NCBI GenBank assembly: GCA_026413945.1
Contig: JAOAJX010000002.1
Location: forward strand, 118,782 to 182,781
DNA: 64,000 bases
From: Candidatus Iainarchaeum sp.
GTDB taxonomy: Archaea; Iainarchaeota; Iainarchaeia; Iainarchaeales; DTGL01
Reading direction: 5' to 3'
Made by a program: the position numbers and the translations under genes. This document shows, piece by piece, positions 54,868-64,000 of the stretch (within the stretch, counting starts at the first letter, position 1; every line of letters begins with the position of its first letter). The notes under the pieces were generated by a model that was not told where the DNA came from, did not search any database, and was given only the letters and a program-made list of their open reading frames with translations.

Positions 54868-56538
54868 TTATCCAGCTATCTCTATATTTATAATCTTTGT
54901 TTTATTTGCATCAACCAATAAGGAATTAAGTATAAGTTTATCATTAGCATAAACTGAATAATTTCCAGGCATAAGAAGTGCTTTGTAGAATAAGTTGCAG
55001 TCAATCTCTTTCGTTTCTGGCCCTTCAAACCTCAATGAGCTTCTCGCGAAATCAGAGCCAATTATGCAAGATCCGGCAACTATGCCCTTCGATTCATCTT
55101 TTGCACGGTCAAGGACTATTTTCCACGTCTTTGAAATTAATTCCTCGGCAGTTCTTGCAATGAAGGCTGGCTCATAGCCATCTCTGTAGTTGTAGAAAAC
55201 AATCCTATCTGTGCCTTTGTTGCCTATAAGAGGCAATTCCACATAACCATTCCATTCAACTAAAGAGTAAACTTCTTTTTTTGCGTCATAGATTGCACTT
55301 ATTGTTCCTGTTGAGTCTCCCGTATCTGAAAGAATAATATTTGCCCGCATAGTGCCAAAAGATGCTTTATCAAGATTTGAAAGCTTCTGCTTTGCCTCTG
55401 AAGCATATGGCGTTTCAGAATTTGAAAGTTGCTCAAATGTTCTCTTTGCTGCAAAGTAGTTTATTGCATTTATATTCTGCCTAGATACTTCTTTTTCATA
55501 CTGTGATAAGTGGAAAGTTCCAAGCTCAAACAAAATCTCGTGCTGTTTGTTTTTATCGCCCAAAGCGCCATAGTTTTCGTAGATTAGCTTAAGGACATTT
55601 GATAAAAGCAGGGCATATTCATCGTTAAGATCTTTGCTTTCTAAGTCAAACTTTGCTGAAAGAGCATATATTTGCGACTCCTCAAGAAGCCCATAGGCAT
55701 TATAATTTTTGGCTTTTTGGTATTTTTCCACAACGCTTATATTATTCATTGCAACAGAACAGCGCAAATCGAGGCTATTATAATCCTTCTTCACACCAAT
55801 AAGTTCCTGTTCTATTTTCCTCTCGTAGCCATAAGCTGATTCTGTCCTAACGTATTTTGCTATGCGATTATTTTTATAGTCAAAGTAAAGTATTCCTTTA
55901 GTATCTAAAACCAAATCTTTTGTAGCTTTCCTGCCAGAAAATTCTATCTCTACCACATCGAATGTTCCGGCTTTTAAGGTTATTTGCTTTGTGCCTTTTA
56001 GCTTATAAGTTATACCTTCAAATGTCCAGCTCTCACCTATGGAAAGCATTCTTTGTGGCAAATAGAAGCTTGTTGCTGATGTCCAACCATAATCAACCTT
56101 ACCATCAAAGTAGATATTTACATCTGAAACCTTGTTCTTATAAGGGATGTTGCCACAAATATCGACAGTGCCATTTTTATCAGTGGATGTTGCTTTAAGC
56201 ATTATCATTCTAACATGAGTGTGATCAGGGTAAGCATTTATAGCAAAAGTTGCTGTTTCCATCTCTTGCAGTGGTTGATTTTCATTGTTAAGGTTCGTAT
56301 CTAGCGAAAGATAGTGAAACAGAACATGGTTCTGGTCAAAAGCATATTTTAGATAATATGTGTTTTTATCCTGGGTTGGAAAAGGGGTTTGGGTAAAAGT
56401 TGGGGTTGGCTCAACCTTTGGTGGCGTATTATTAAAGCATCCTGAGAGTATTAGAGCAAAAAAACATAAGGAAAAAAATACCAGCAAATGAAGCTTTTTC
56501 TTTTGCAAAAAAATCACCTTGAAACAATATATACTCAA
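54868..56538 (-). CDS. Secreted or lipoprotein-like protein of unknown function.
   Basis: N-terminal hydrophobic segment ending in LILSGC (lipobox-like), followed by a 520-aa hydrophilic domain. Confidence 0.45.
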   Translation of the reverse strand: MSIYCFKVIFLQKKKLHLLVFFSLCFFALILSGCFNNTPPKVEPTPTFTQTPFPTQDKNTYYLKYAFDQNHVLFHYLSLDTNLNNENQPLQEMETATFAINAYPDHTHVRMIMLKATSTDKNGTVDICGNIPYKNKVSDVNIYFDGKVDYGWTSATSFYLPQRMLSIGESWTFEGITYKLKGTKQITLKAGTFDVVEIEFSGRKATKDLVLDTKGILYFDYKNNRIAKYVRTESAYGYERKIEQELIGVKKDYNSLDLRCSVAMNNISVVEKYQKAKNYNAYGLLEESQIYALSAKFDLESKDLNDEYALLLSNVLKLIYENYGALGDKNKQHEILFELGTFHLSQYEKEVSRQNINAINYFAAKRTFEQLSNSETPYASEAKQKLSNLDKASFGTMRANIILSDTGDSTGTISAIYDAKKEVYSLVEWNGYVELPLIGNKGTDRIVFYNYRDGYEPAFIARTAEELISKTWKIVLDRAKDESKGIVAGSCIIGSDFARSSLRFEGPETKEIDCNLFYKALLMPGNYSVYANDKLILNSLLVDANKTKIINIEIAG

Positions 56539-56581
56539 GAATGCTTAATTAAGTTTTTAAAGCATGGTTTGATGTTAGGTT

Positions 56582-57295
56582 TTAAACTTTGTCTTTTGTA
56601 TTCTTGGGAGGTAGAATCTTATTCGCTTCAGCAAGTACACCAATTATTGCCTTTGCCTCTCGTTTGGTTACTGGAGCTCTTGAAACAAGATGCCTGAAAG
56701 ATTTAATAGTAACTTCTTTGTTTCTTACTCTTTCTAATTTATCTGCTAATTCACCAAAAACATTAATAAGGGTTTTTTTAGTCTCGGCATCAGCACTATC
56801 AAACCTGCTCACAAACTTCTTTGAAAAAAGCTCGTAGAAAATAATTGCTGCGGCATGTGATATGGTAAGAGCCCTGTATTCTTTGCTTGAAGGTATATTC
56901 ACAACAAAATCGCATATCGAAAGTTCTTCATTTGTGAGGCCGTTTGATTCTCTTCCAAAAACAATGGCAATCTTCGCATTTGCTCTGCAAAACTTTTCAG
57001 CAAGCGTTTTAGGCGTTATCGCATTTCTTTCTATCTTTTTATCTTTGCATGATATCGCTGTTGTAGCTATAGAATAGTCGGTTTGTTCAATTGCTTCTTT
57101 TAATGAGCCAAAAACTTTTGCGCTGCTTAGAATATATCTTGCATGCATTGCCCGGCTTATTGCACCTGGGCTGCTTAATTCTGCCTTTGGATTAACCAAG
57201 ATAAGTTCCTTGAGCCCGAAATTAGCCATTGCCCTTGCTATATACCCAATATTTTCTGGATATTCTGGCTCAACAAGCACAACTTTAATCTGCAT
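56582..57295 (-). CDS. trmJ: SPOUT-class tRNA/rRNA 2'-O-methyltransferase, TrmJ-like.
   Basis: IKVVLVEPEYPENIGYIARAMANFGL resembles the TrmH/TrmJ N-terminal motif. 237 aa. Confidence 0.6.
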   Translation of the reverse strand: MQIKVVLVEPEYPENIGYIARAMANFGLKELILVNPKAELSSPGAISRAMHARYILSSAKVFGSLKEAIEQTDYSIATTAISCKDKKIERNAITPKTLAEKFCRANAKIAIVFGRESNGLTNEELSICDFVVNIPSSKEYRALTISHAAAIIFYELFSKKFVSRFDSADAETKKTLINVFGELADKLERVRNKEVTIKSFRHLVSRAPVTKREAKAIIGVLAEANKILPPKNTKDKV

Positions 57296-57400
57296 TATTT
57301 ATTTTTGCACTCAAAAGATTAAATTACTTTCCAGAAGAAGTTCTTTTAAGGAAAGTTGCAAAGGAAAACAATTTTAATAAGTGAAGTATTAAATTAATAG

Positions 57401-58714
57401 ATGGCTTGCAAGGCAATGGCTACATGGGTAATACTTATATTACCGCTTTTGTCGATATTGGCATTTAGCCTGGAATATGAACCTTCACAGTATGTTGCCA
57501 AGCAGACATATCTCCTAAGAGAGAATGAAAGCATAGGAAATGTTTATGAAATATTACTTGAAAACAAAGAGTATTATGTCCTTCAAATTATTTCAAATAA
57601 ACAGATTGTAGGATACATTGCTCTTGAAAGATATGAAAAAAAAGTTGTTACTGACACAATAAAGGCAAAAAACCTCATGCAGACAGCACACTTTCTTTCA
57701 CAGTATAGTGATTTTAGAAAAAAAGTAAGCGATAACCCAAGTTACATTTGGTTTGTTGCGCAAAGCGCACAAATTCCACAAATTGTGCAGTCGATTGAAA
57801 CTGAAAAATATGAGCTTCAGACAGTGGCAGAAGTAATGAACACAAGTTCAGCTACAGAGAAAACTTCGGCGCTTTCGCGCATACTTGATGAGATGATATC
57901 AGAGTTAAATGAGCTGAGAGTTTCTGAGCTAGATGCTGTTTCATTTGAGTCTGATTTCTTGAGCAACCCTGTGGCTGGAAACGAGAGAAAACTGAAAGAG
58001 AAAATGATATCATGCTTTGATCGCCTTGAATTAATACAGAATTTGAGAAAAGAATACGCGAGCTTGTTGACACTTTTGCGATTGGAGATAGCAAATGCGC
58101 AAAACTTAAATGTTGATGAAAAGAAGTCACTACAAAAAGCATCCGAGATGCCTGAAGAGTTTTCTAAAATAGAGCAATGGTACTTAAGTGCAACAAGTAT
58201 GCATTTCAGCGAAAATTTAGATAATATGTTCGGTTCGGCCATACAGAATTCACTAACATTTGCCGATGGCATAAGTGTAAGGATCAAAAGAGATAATGCT
58301 TATAGAATAATGTTTGAGGAAAACGAAACCGTAAGGAACGCAACAAAGAATGAGTTTTTGACACTTAAACAAGCATATGATACAATTATCAAAGAAGAGT
58401 ATTATGATAAGTGGGCAAACCAGGAAGAATTAATCATGCTCAAAGCGAACTGGAATAGGGCAAACAGTGCGCTCTCAAAAGAGGACTATGATAGTGCAAC
58501 AGCATACGCGAAAAAGGCAATTGAAAATGCAATAAAAGTTTATAATGATGGGTGGGTTAGAACAAGTAGCGATGGAGGGAAAGAAATTGCTCAAAAAGCA
58601 ATAATTGGGCTAATCATAATTTTGGTAGCAATAATTTTTTTTAGGTACATAAAAAAGAAAGGCTTGTTTTATTCTAGGGACGAAAACGACTACGAGGAAG
58701 TTAACTTAAAATAA
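57401..58714 (+). CDS. Secreted protein with a C-terminal TM anchor; function unknown.
   Basis: An N-terminal signal, a 400-aa helical domain and a C-terminal TM (IIGLIIILVAIIFF). Confidence 0.4.
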   Translation: MACKAMATWVILILPLLSILAFSLEYEPSQYVAKQTYLLRENESIGNVYEILLENKEYYVLQIISNKQIVGYIALERYEKKVVTDTIKAKNLMQTAHFLSQYSDFRKKVSDNPSYIWFVAQSAQIPQIVQSIETEKYELQTVAEVMNTSSATEKTSALSRILDEMISELNELRVSELDAVSFESDFLSNPVAGNERKLKEKMISCFDRLELIQNLRKEYASLLTLLRLEIANAQNLNVDEKKSLQKASEMPEEFSKIEQWYLSATSMHFSENLDNMFGSAIQNSLTFADGISVRIKRDNAYRIMFEENETVRNATKNEFLTLKQAYDTIIKEEYYDKWANQEELIMLKANWNRANSALSKEDYDSATAYAKKAIENAIKVYNDGWVRTSSDGGKEIAQKAIIGLIIILVAIIFFRYIKKKGLFYSRDENDYEEVNLK

Positions 58715-58737
58715 AGATATGGTTTAGGACTTCAGTA

Positions 58738-59877
58738 TCAGTATATTTCAATTATATCTCCACTTCTTAAAACATATTCTTTGGAAACCCTTTGCCCGGG
58801 AAATTTTGTACTACCCCAAATTCTAGCATACCTTAAATTCTTGTAAAAATCCTTATGCAAAACTTTGGCAACATCCTCAACTGTTGACCCGAGAGGCATT
58901 GCCAACGGCTTTTCTGCAACAGGCCCAGATGGTTTTTTAGTATGGATTAAAATAAGCCCCAATGGCGCGAAAATTGCCTCCTTTATTGTATGAATCATTT
59001 CTTCTGAAAGGTTTCTAATCAAAAGAGAGCTCATTGCTTTGCTTATTTCTTCTGGAATATGGTTATTTCCTTGCTTATCAACAACCAAAGCCACTGCCTT
59101 TTTATATGAAACGCGCTTATTTAGTGCGAGCTCTATTTTTTTGTAATCAGCGGGTTCTGAGATTATTACCGTAAGGTTATTGTGATATCCTCTTGCCTTT
59201 AGGAAATCTTCAAGCTCCTTTTTTGGCATGATCAGAAATTTTTCCCCAACAATTGAAATGCCTTGAAACTCAGATTTTTTTATTTCAACCTTTGGCCTTT
59301 CAACATTAAGCAGAATATCTGCTTTTTTTAGCTCATCAAGCAAAATTTTATACTCAAAAGAAGCATTAGCAGCATCAATTACAAGGACAATTAGATCAGC
59401 ATTTCTTATCAAACCAAGCATCTCTGTTCCTCTTGCTTTTCCCTCGCTGCTACCTTCAACTAAAGCCGGAATTTCGACTATTTGTATTTGGGCCTTTTTG
59501 TAATCCATCATTCCAACGACTGGTTCTTTTGTTGTAAATGGATATGGAGCAATTTCAACATCAACCCCACTCAGAGCTTTGAGAATTGTGCTCTTGCCTG
59601 AATTTGGCATTCCAACAAGCGCAACTTGCGCAATTCCCTCTTTCTTAATTCCAATAGCATGACTTGATGTTTTTTTGCGTTGCTCTTCTTGCTTTTCTAT
59701 TTTTTCTCGCATCATGCGTATTTTTCTGCTTATCTCAGCGCGCAGGTTTTCCGCACCTTTGTGATCTGGGGCGTACCTTTGCATCTCAATAAGTGCCTGA
59801 AGTTTTTCCTCGGGCGTTTTTGCCTCTTCATATTTCTTCTGTGCAAGCGCATATTCAACCGTAACATTGGTAGGCAT
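58738..59877 (-). CDS. DRG/Obg-family GTPase with a C-terminal TGS domain.
   Basis: G1 motif (GMPNSGKST), G2 (YPFTT), and a TGS-like C-terminus. Confidence 0.75.
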   Translation of the reverse strand: MPTNVTVEYALAQKKYEEAKTPEEKLQALIEMQRYAPDHKGAENLRAEISRKIRMMREKIEKQEEQRKKTSSHAIGIKKEGIAQVALVGMPNSGKSTILKALSGVDVEIAPYPFTTKEPVVGMMDYKKAQIQIVEIPALVEGSSEGKARGTEMLGLIRNADLIVLVIDAANASFEYKILLDELKKADILLNVERPKVEIKKSEFQGISIVGEKFLIMPKKELEDFLKARGYHNNLTVIISEPADYKKIELALNKRVSYKKAVALVVDKQGNNHIPEEISKAMSSLLIRNLSEEMIHTIKEAIFAPLGLILIHTKKPSGPVAEKPLAMPLGSTVEDVAKVLHKDFYKNLRYARIWGSTKFPGQRVSKEYVLRSGDIIEIY

Positions 59878-59928
59878 AAAATGATTAGCTATAAAAAATG
59901 TTAAAAAAAGCTATTTAATGCAAAAAAA

Positions 59929-60450
59929 TCAGTTGTAGTACTCGCTACAAATGAATTTTGAGAGAGCAACAAGAAGTGCCTGTTCAAAAGCATCTTTTCT
60001 GGTTACATGGCCTTTAGTCAATATTCCAACAGCGCCTTGCTTCTTCTTTACATCTTTTTTGCCGGAAAGTTTGTCCATTACAGGCCCAAGCTCTTCTCCC
60101 AATCTCACTTTATTTGCAATTTTTTCAGGAAGCTGTATTTTTGAGGTGCAGCCAAGACCTATTTTGCCTTCTCTATCAATAATAACAACCCAACCACACA
60201 AAAACATTCCGTGTTTTGTCTCAATAGTTGTGCCCTCAAGCCCAACACCAAAATCAGCATTGGCCTTTTTAATGGCTTTTTTAGCTCTGTTCAATGCGCC
60301 TTTTATTGCTTCCTCATCACTATTCGGCTGTTCGCTTATGCCTGATTTGGCTTCGATGCTAACAAATTTTGCCTTTGGCCAAATCTTCCTGAATGCAGAC
60401 CTAACTGCCTCAATCTTTGTTGGGTTCGATGTGCCTATTGCTACAAGCAT
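59929..60450 (-). CDS. Non-canonical purine NTP phosphatase (inosine/xanthosine triphosphatase), YjjX-like.
   Basis: VAIGTSNPTKIEAVRSAF...SGISEQPNSDEEAIKGALNRAK parallels the YjjX motif layout. Confidence 0.6.
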   Translation of the reverse strand: MLVAIGTSNPTKIEAVRSAFRKIWPKAKFVSIEAKSGISEQPNSDEEAIKGALNRAKKAIKKANADFGVGLEGTTIETKHGMFLCGWVVIIDREGKIGLGCTSKIQLPEKIANKVRLGEELGPVMDKLSGKKDVKKKQGAVGILTKGHVTRKDAFEQALLVALSKFICSEYYN

Positions 60451-60500
60451 GCATCACACCATAACGATTACTGAAAGGCATTAATTTAATTATTTTATCA

Positions 60501-61616
60501 TTAGCTTGCTTCATGCTTGACAACTAATGAGTTTCCTTCACAGTAGCGCATGCTGCTACAAGCATAATCAAAACCACTAATTGAGAAAACTGTTGGCATT
60601 ATATCGTATGCAGTGCCATCTCGCAAAGATATTTTTTCAGATCCAGCATATATAAAAGGAATTTGGCTTGCAAAGATATTTTTTTGGTCTTTTGCATGAT
60701 ACCCTTTGCATTTAACACAATCAAATATCATACCATGATCCGCTGTTATAAAAAACACAGTGTTTTCATCTTTCATATGCAAAAGCTCTTGAAGCTCGTT
60801 ATTAAGACCTTCAATACAAGAAATATAGCTTTTAACATTGAAGCGATGCCCACAAAGATCGGCGCCTTTTGCATTAGAGAAAAGAAAAAACTTTACATGA
60901 GGAAATTTTTCCCTCATGAAACTTACTAAAAGCGCATCAGTCTCAATTATGAAATTTGAATAGTCGATATAAAGATTTTCGTCATTGCGGTGATTTGCTT
61001 TTTTTTCATTAGCTATGTTCTTGCGTGTTTCTAGAAAATATGCTATTTCTGATAACTCTTTGCTGCTACTGTTAAGTTCAATCTGAAAATCCCAAAAGTT
61101 AGAGTCATAGAATGCAACATCAAAGTCTATGCGCGCTTCCCTAAAATCGCCAGCTTCACTTATCATAATACAAATGTAGCCTTTTGATCTGTAGAAATCA
61201 CAAATAGTTGTCAAACCACTGTCATCAACACAATCCTTTATGTCTTCCCATTCGCGATTGCAATCACCGCCTATATAAAAAATTGAATGTGCTGATGTTG
61301 TTTCAGTGAACGGCTGCTCTGCTTTGGCAAAAGCAGAAGCTGACTTGAAAAAGCCAGATAATTCTGCTTTTTTAACATGAACACCATTCAGGCTTAAAGA
61401 TCCCGAGTCAATTCCCTGAAGATATTTTGCACCGACACCATCAAGAACAAGGAAAATAACATTCTTGGTTCTATTTGCACCTGTTTCTTGAGAAACCCTT
61501 GGCGGCCTTTCTTGAAAATTATTAGTATTATAAAAATAAAAAAGAACGTATGTTGTAATAAGCACAAAACAGACGATTGCAAAAAAATAAAATCGCACAA
61601 AATAAAGCTTACGCAT
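60501..61616 (-). CDS. Membrane-anchored alkaline-phosphatase-superfamily metalloenzyme (phosphodiesterase or phosphomutase-like).
   Basis: An N-terminal TM. Metal-binding motifs FLVLDGVGA and ITADHGM. Confidence 0.5.
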   Translation of the reverse strand: MRKLYFVRFYFFAIVCFVLITTYVLFYFYNTNNFQERPPRVSQETGANRTKNVIFLVLDGVGAKYLQGIDSGSLSLNGVHVKKAELSGFFKSASAFAKAEQPFTETTSAHSIFYIGGDCNREWEDIKDCVDDSGLTTICDFYRSKGYICIMISEAGDFREARIDFDVAFYDSNFWDFQIELNSSSKELSEIAYFLETRKNIANEKKANHRNDENLYIDYSNFIIETDALLVSFMREKFPHVKFFLFSNAKGADLCGHRFNVKSYISCIEGLNNELQELLHMKDENTVFFITADHGMIFDCVKCKGYHAKDQKNIFASQIPFIYAGSEKISLRDGTAYDIMPTVFSISGFDYACSSMRYCEGNSLVVKHEAS

Positions 61617-61670
61617 TCTGTTTTTAATACTTCCTCAAAAACAATTTAAAATATTCACTACAGAAAATAA

Positions 61671-62174
61671 ATGGGTAACTTTATGATAACAATTGTTTTG
61701 GCAGCTATAATTGTAACGCTTATTGGAGCAAATACTTATTTGCATTTTTTTCGGCAAATGCGCAGCAAGGAAGAGCAAGAGCAACATGAAGAGCCAATAA
61801 AGCTAACAAGCGCAAACCTTAGTTCTATAATTCAGTTCGGGGAAAAAAATGAGGCAAGTGAGCTTACTGAAATAAAAAGATGCTTAAAAGCCATAGAGCA
61901 TAAGCTTGACAAAAATGCATCGAGGATAGAGTATGCATTCCAGAGAATTAACAGGATTGAAAATGCCCTTACAAAAAATGGTTCATCGACAATAGGTGAA
62001 GACATCTACAAAAAGATTGAACGCTTAGAGGATTTTCGCAGAGAATCACTTATAACAATAGAGGCAATGAAGGATTACCTTAAGAGCAAAAACAAAAAAA
62101 AAGTGAAAAAGAGTGGAAACGTCGAAGTAGAAGAGAAGATAAGAGAATTAATATTCAGGGGAAGAAAGGCTTGA
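61671..62174 (+). CDS. Membrane-anchored coiled-coil protein, hypothetical.
   Basis: An N-terminal TM followed by charged helical sequence. Confidence 0.35.
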   Translation: MGNFMITIVLAAIIVTLIGANTYLHFFRQMRSKEEQEQHEEPIKLTSANLSSIIQFGEKNEASELTEIKRCLKAIEHKLDKNASRIEYAFQRINRIENALTKNGSSTIGEDIYKKIERLEDFRRESLITIEAMKDYLKSKNKKKVKKSGNVEVEEKIRELIFRGRKA

Positions 62175-62177
62175 TTT

Positions 62178-62885
62178 TTAGCTCCATGTTTTTCGCTCTG
62201 CTTTGTTTGGAAAATTATCTCTAACACTTTTGGCAATTATGCTTGCAGCACCTATTGTAGCGCAGATATCATCGCCTTTTATTATGAATTCGACATCGGT
62301 AACGCCATCTATTGGGCCGCCATCTGCTTTTGTGCTGAATTCAAAGCCGAGGTTCTTGAAGAACTGTGGTGCAAGGATCAAAAAGCGCCTTTGTAGTTCA
62401 TTAAGTGTGCTACCGTTTTTACGGACCAAATCCACAAAATCTGGAGAACATATAAGCACCAATGTAGCCATTGAATTTTTCTGTGCAACCTTTGCCTTCT
62501 CATCAATTTTGCTTAATTCTAGCTTTTTGCTATCCCTCAATTCACGCATTTTGTTGTTATCTGCGAGCACACCGCAAATCACAAATGCGCCGACTTTTTC
62601 ACCACGGCCAGTCTCATCTATGCCAAAGATAAGCTCTTGTTTTGGCAATAATGACTTCACAAGCATATCACTAACTTTGCTACAGCCGTTTCCTTGCACG
62701 ACGAGTTTGCCTGAAGTATAGAGTGTAACAGTGCAACCATTTACTTGCCAACGCTTTTCTTCAAAATAAGCAGTAGTTGGCTTTTCAGGATATCTGCTTA
62801 AGAAATTCCTTATAAGCCCTTTCTCTGCCTCTGTGAAATTAAGGGTAATTGTTTTCTTATCTTTTTCAGGTTGCAAGTATCTCAC
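62178..62885 (-). CDS. rnhB: RNase HII-family ribonuclease with an RNase HIII-like N-terminal (TBP-like) domain.
   Basis: Catalytic motifs GIDETGRG, DSKKL and AASIIAKS. An N-terminal ~85 aa segment with TVTLYTSGKLVVQG resembles the RNase HIII N-domain. Confidence 0.65.
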   Translation of the reverse strand: MRYLQPEKDKKTITLNFTEAEKGLIRNFLSRYPEKPTTAYFEEKRWQVNGCTVTLYTSGKLVVQGNGCSKVSDMLVKSLLPKQELIFGIDETGRGEKVGAFVICGVLADNNKMRELRDSKKLELSKIDEKAKVAQKNSMATLVLICSPDFVDLVRKNGSTLNELQRRFLILAPQFFKNLGFEFSTKADGGPIDGVTDVEFIIKGDDICATIGAASIIAKSVRDNFPNKAERKTWS

Positions 62886-64000
62886 TACCTTTTTTGAAAA
62901 TGATATTTTTGATCCGCATTGTTTCTTTTATGTCTTCTGCAGCTTTCTTCGCATTTTTTATATCTGGATGATACAAGGTAATTTCTTCAAGCTCATGTGC
63001 AAGAGAAAGGTTCTTCTGTTTCTTAAGCTTTCTTATAGCTGCAATACATTCAACAGAGGCGCGGCCTACAGAGATGGCAATTTTGCTTCTTACAACTTTA
63101 TATGTCTCGGGCCATCCACTCAAATGTATGCTTTTTGCCCTTTCAGAGGCTTTGAAAAGTTTTTGGTATATTTCCTCTGTTATAAAAGGCATGAAAGGCG
63201 CGAAGAGCTTAAGCTGTAAGAGCAAAGCATTGTAAAGTGTCCAAAGTGCTGAATCCTTGTCTTTGCCAGAGTATAAGCGGTACTTTATCATTTCAATGTA
63301 ATAATCGCAGAAGGTATTCCAGAAAAAGTTTTCTGCTATTGTTTTGGCCTTGCTGTATTCATAAGCTTCGAATGCGTTTGTCGCATCATCAATGACTTCA
63401 TTGAGTTCTTGAATAAGCCAAGAATCGATAATATGCAATCTCTTTGGTTTCTTTGGTTTAGCTTTTAAATGCATTGCTGCAAACCGGGCAGTATTCCAGA
63501 GCTTTGTCGCATTCCTCAAACCTATCTGCAAGTCTTCTTCCTTAAAGTTGAGGTCTTCTCCAAGCTTAACGCTAGAGGCCCAAAAGCGAAGTGCGTCAGC
63601 AGAATATTTTTTAATAATATCAAGAGGCAAAACAACATTGCCTTTGCTTTTACTCATCTTCCTACCATGCCTGTCAAGCCCATGGCCTGAAATCATTATA
63701 TTTTCAAAAGGGGCTTTACCAGTGTGAAACAAACACATAACTATTGTGTTAAAATCCCAGAAAGTAATTATATCGTGTGCATTTGGCCTCAAGCTCATTG
63801 GATAAATCTTTTTAAGAAGTTTTTCATTTTCAGGCCAGTCTGCATTTATAAGAGGGGTTAAAGCGCTTGTTGCCCAAGTATCCAAAACATCTTTTTCGGG
63901 TTCAAATTCAGTTGAACCGCATTTGCATCTCCTTTTAGGGAAATCCTTCAATGGATCTACAGGCAATTGATCAGGATCTGCTAACATTTCTAAACCACAT
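62866..64000 (-). CDS. Class Ia aminoacyl-tRNA synthetase (Leu/Val/Ile type), C-terminal part. The 5' end lies beyond the window.
   Basis: KMSKSKGN motif, DVLDTWATSAL, HDII..W and a C-terminal anticodon-binding helical domain. Confidence 0.7.
   Translation of the reverse strand, partial: CGLEMLADPDQLPVDPLKDFPKRRCKCGSTEFEPEKDVLDTWATSALTPLINADWPENEKLLKKIYPMSLRPNAHDIITFWDFNTIVMCLFHTGKAPFENIMISGHGLDRHGRKMSKSKGNVVLPLDIIKKYSADALRFWASSVKLGEDLNFKEEDLQIGLRNATKLWNTARFAAMHLKAKPKKPKRLHIIDSWLIQELNEVIDDATNAFEAYEYSKAKTIAENFFWNTFCDYYIEMIKYRLYSGKDKDSALWTLYNALLLQLKLFAPFMPFITEEIYQKLFKASERAKSIHLSGWPETYKVVRSKIAISVGRASVECIAAIRKLKKQKNLSLAHELEEITLYHPDIKNAKKAAEDIKETMRIKNIIFKKGSEILAT

Noticed and set aside
1-64000. 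Looked for CRISPR arrays, IS/transposase genes, integrases and phage structural genes.
   Set aside because: No regularly spaced direct repeats, no DDE or serine/tyrosine recombinase motifs and no terminase or capsid-like ORFs were recognised by eye.

Overview
Low-GC archaeal chromosomal segment. Evidence for archaeal origin: a thermosome, Alba, an archaeal-type L12/P1, Sec61 beta, Spt5, an Mbh-type hydrogenase and intron-containing tRNAs. Many genes use Shine-Dalgarno-like GGAGGTGA sites and TTG/GTG starts.

The window opens inside ftsZ and continues through the conserved secE-spt5-rpl11-rpl1-rpl10-rpl12 block. It then encodes: sufS; an extracytoplasmic Lon(S16)-like protease with a TM segment and cytoplasmic SHOCT-like repeats; an orphan Rad50-like zinc-hook ATPase; a glmS-glmM-acetyltransferase operon; two paralogous HerA/FtsK-superfamily (DUF87-like) ATPases, one a 975-aa multidomain protein sitting behind a cysteine-rich membrane-anchored protein; four tRNAs, namely Ala(CGC), Ile(UAU) with a 20-nt intron, Pro(GGG), and Trp(CCA) with a 179-nt intron carrying box C/D-like motifs; a candidate histone-fold protein with a Lys-rich tail; KEOPS/t6A-related genes (Bud32-like kinase, Sua5); a Maf-like pyrophosphatase; and a complete 14-gene mbhA-N membrane-bound [NiFe] hydrogenase with Mrp antiporter module, plus hycI, hypA and hypC scattered elsewhere. 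Also present are several surface/secreted proteins (PKD-domain, lipoprotein-like), inorganic pyrophosphatase, TspO, a UbiA prenyltransferase, TrmJ-like SPOUT methyltransferase, a DRG GTPase, a YjjX-like ITPase, an RNase HII-family enzyme with an RNase HIII-like N-domain, and the C-terminal part of a class Ia aminoacyl-tRNA synthetase.

No CRISPR array, transposase or obvious prophage was seen. The most unusual content is the HerA-like ATPase modules, the SHOCT-tailed surface proteins, the candidate tailed histone and the tRNA features. All calls rest on motif recognition by eye; nothing was searched against a database.
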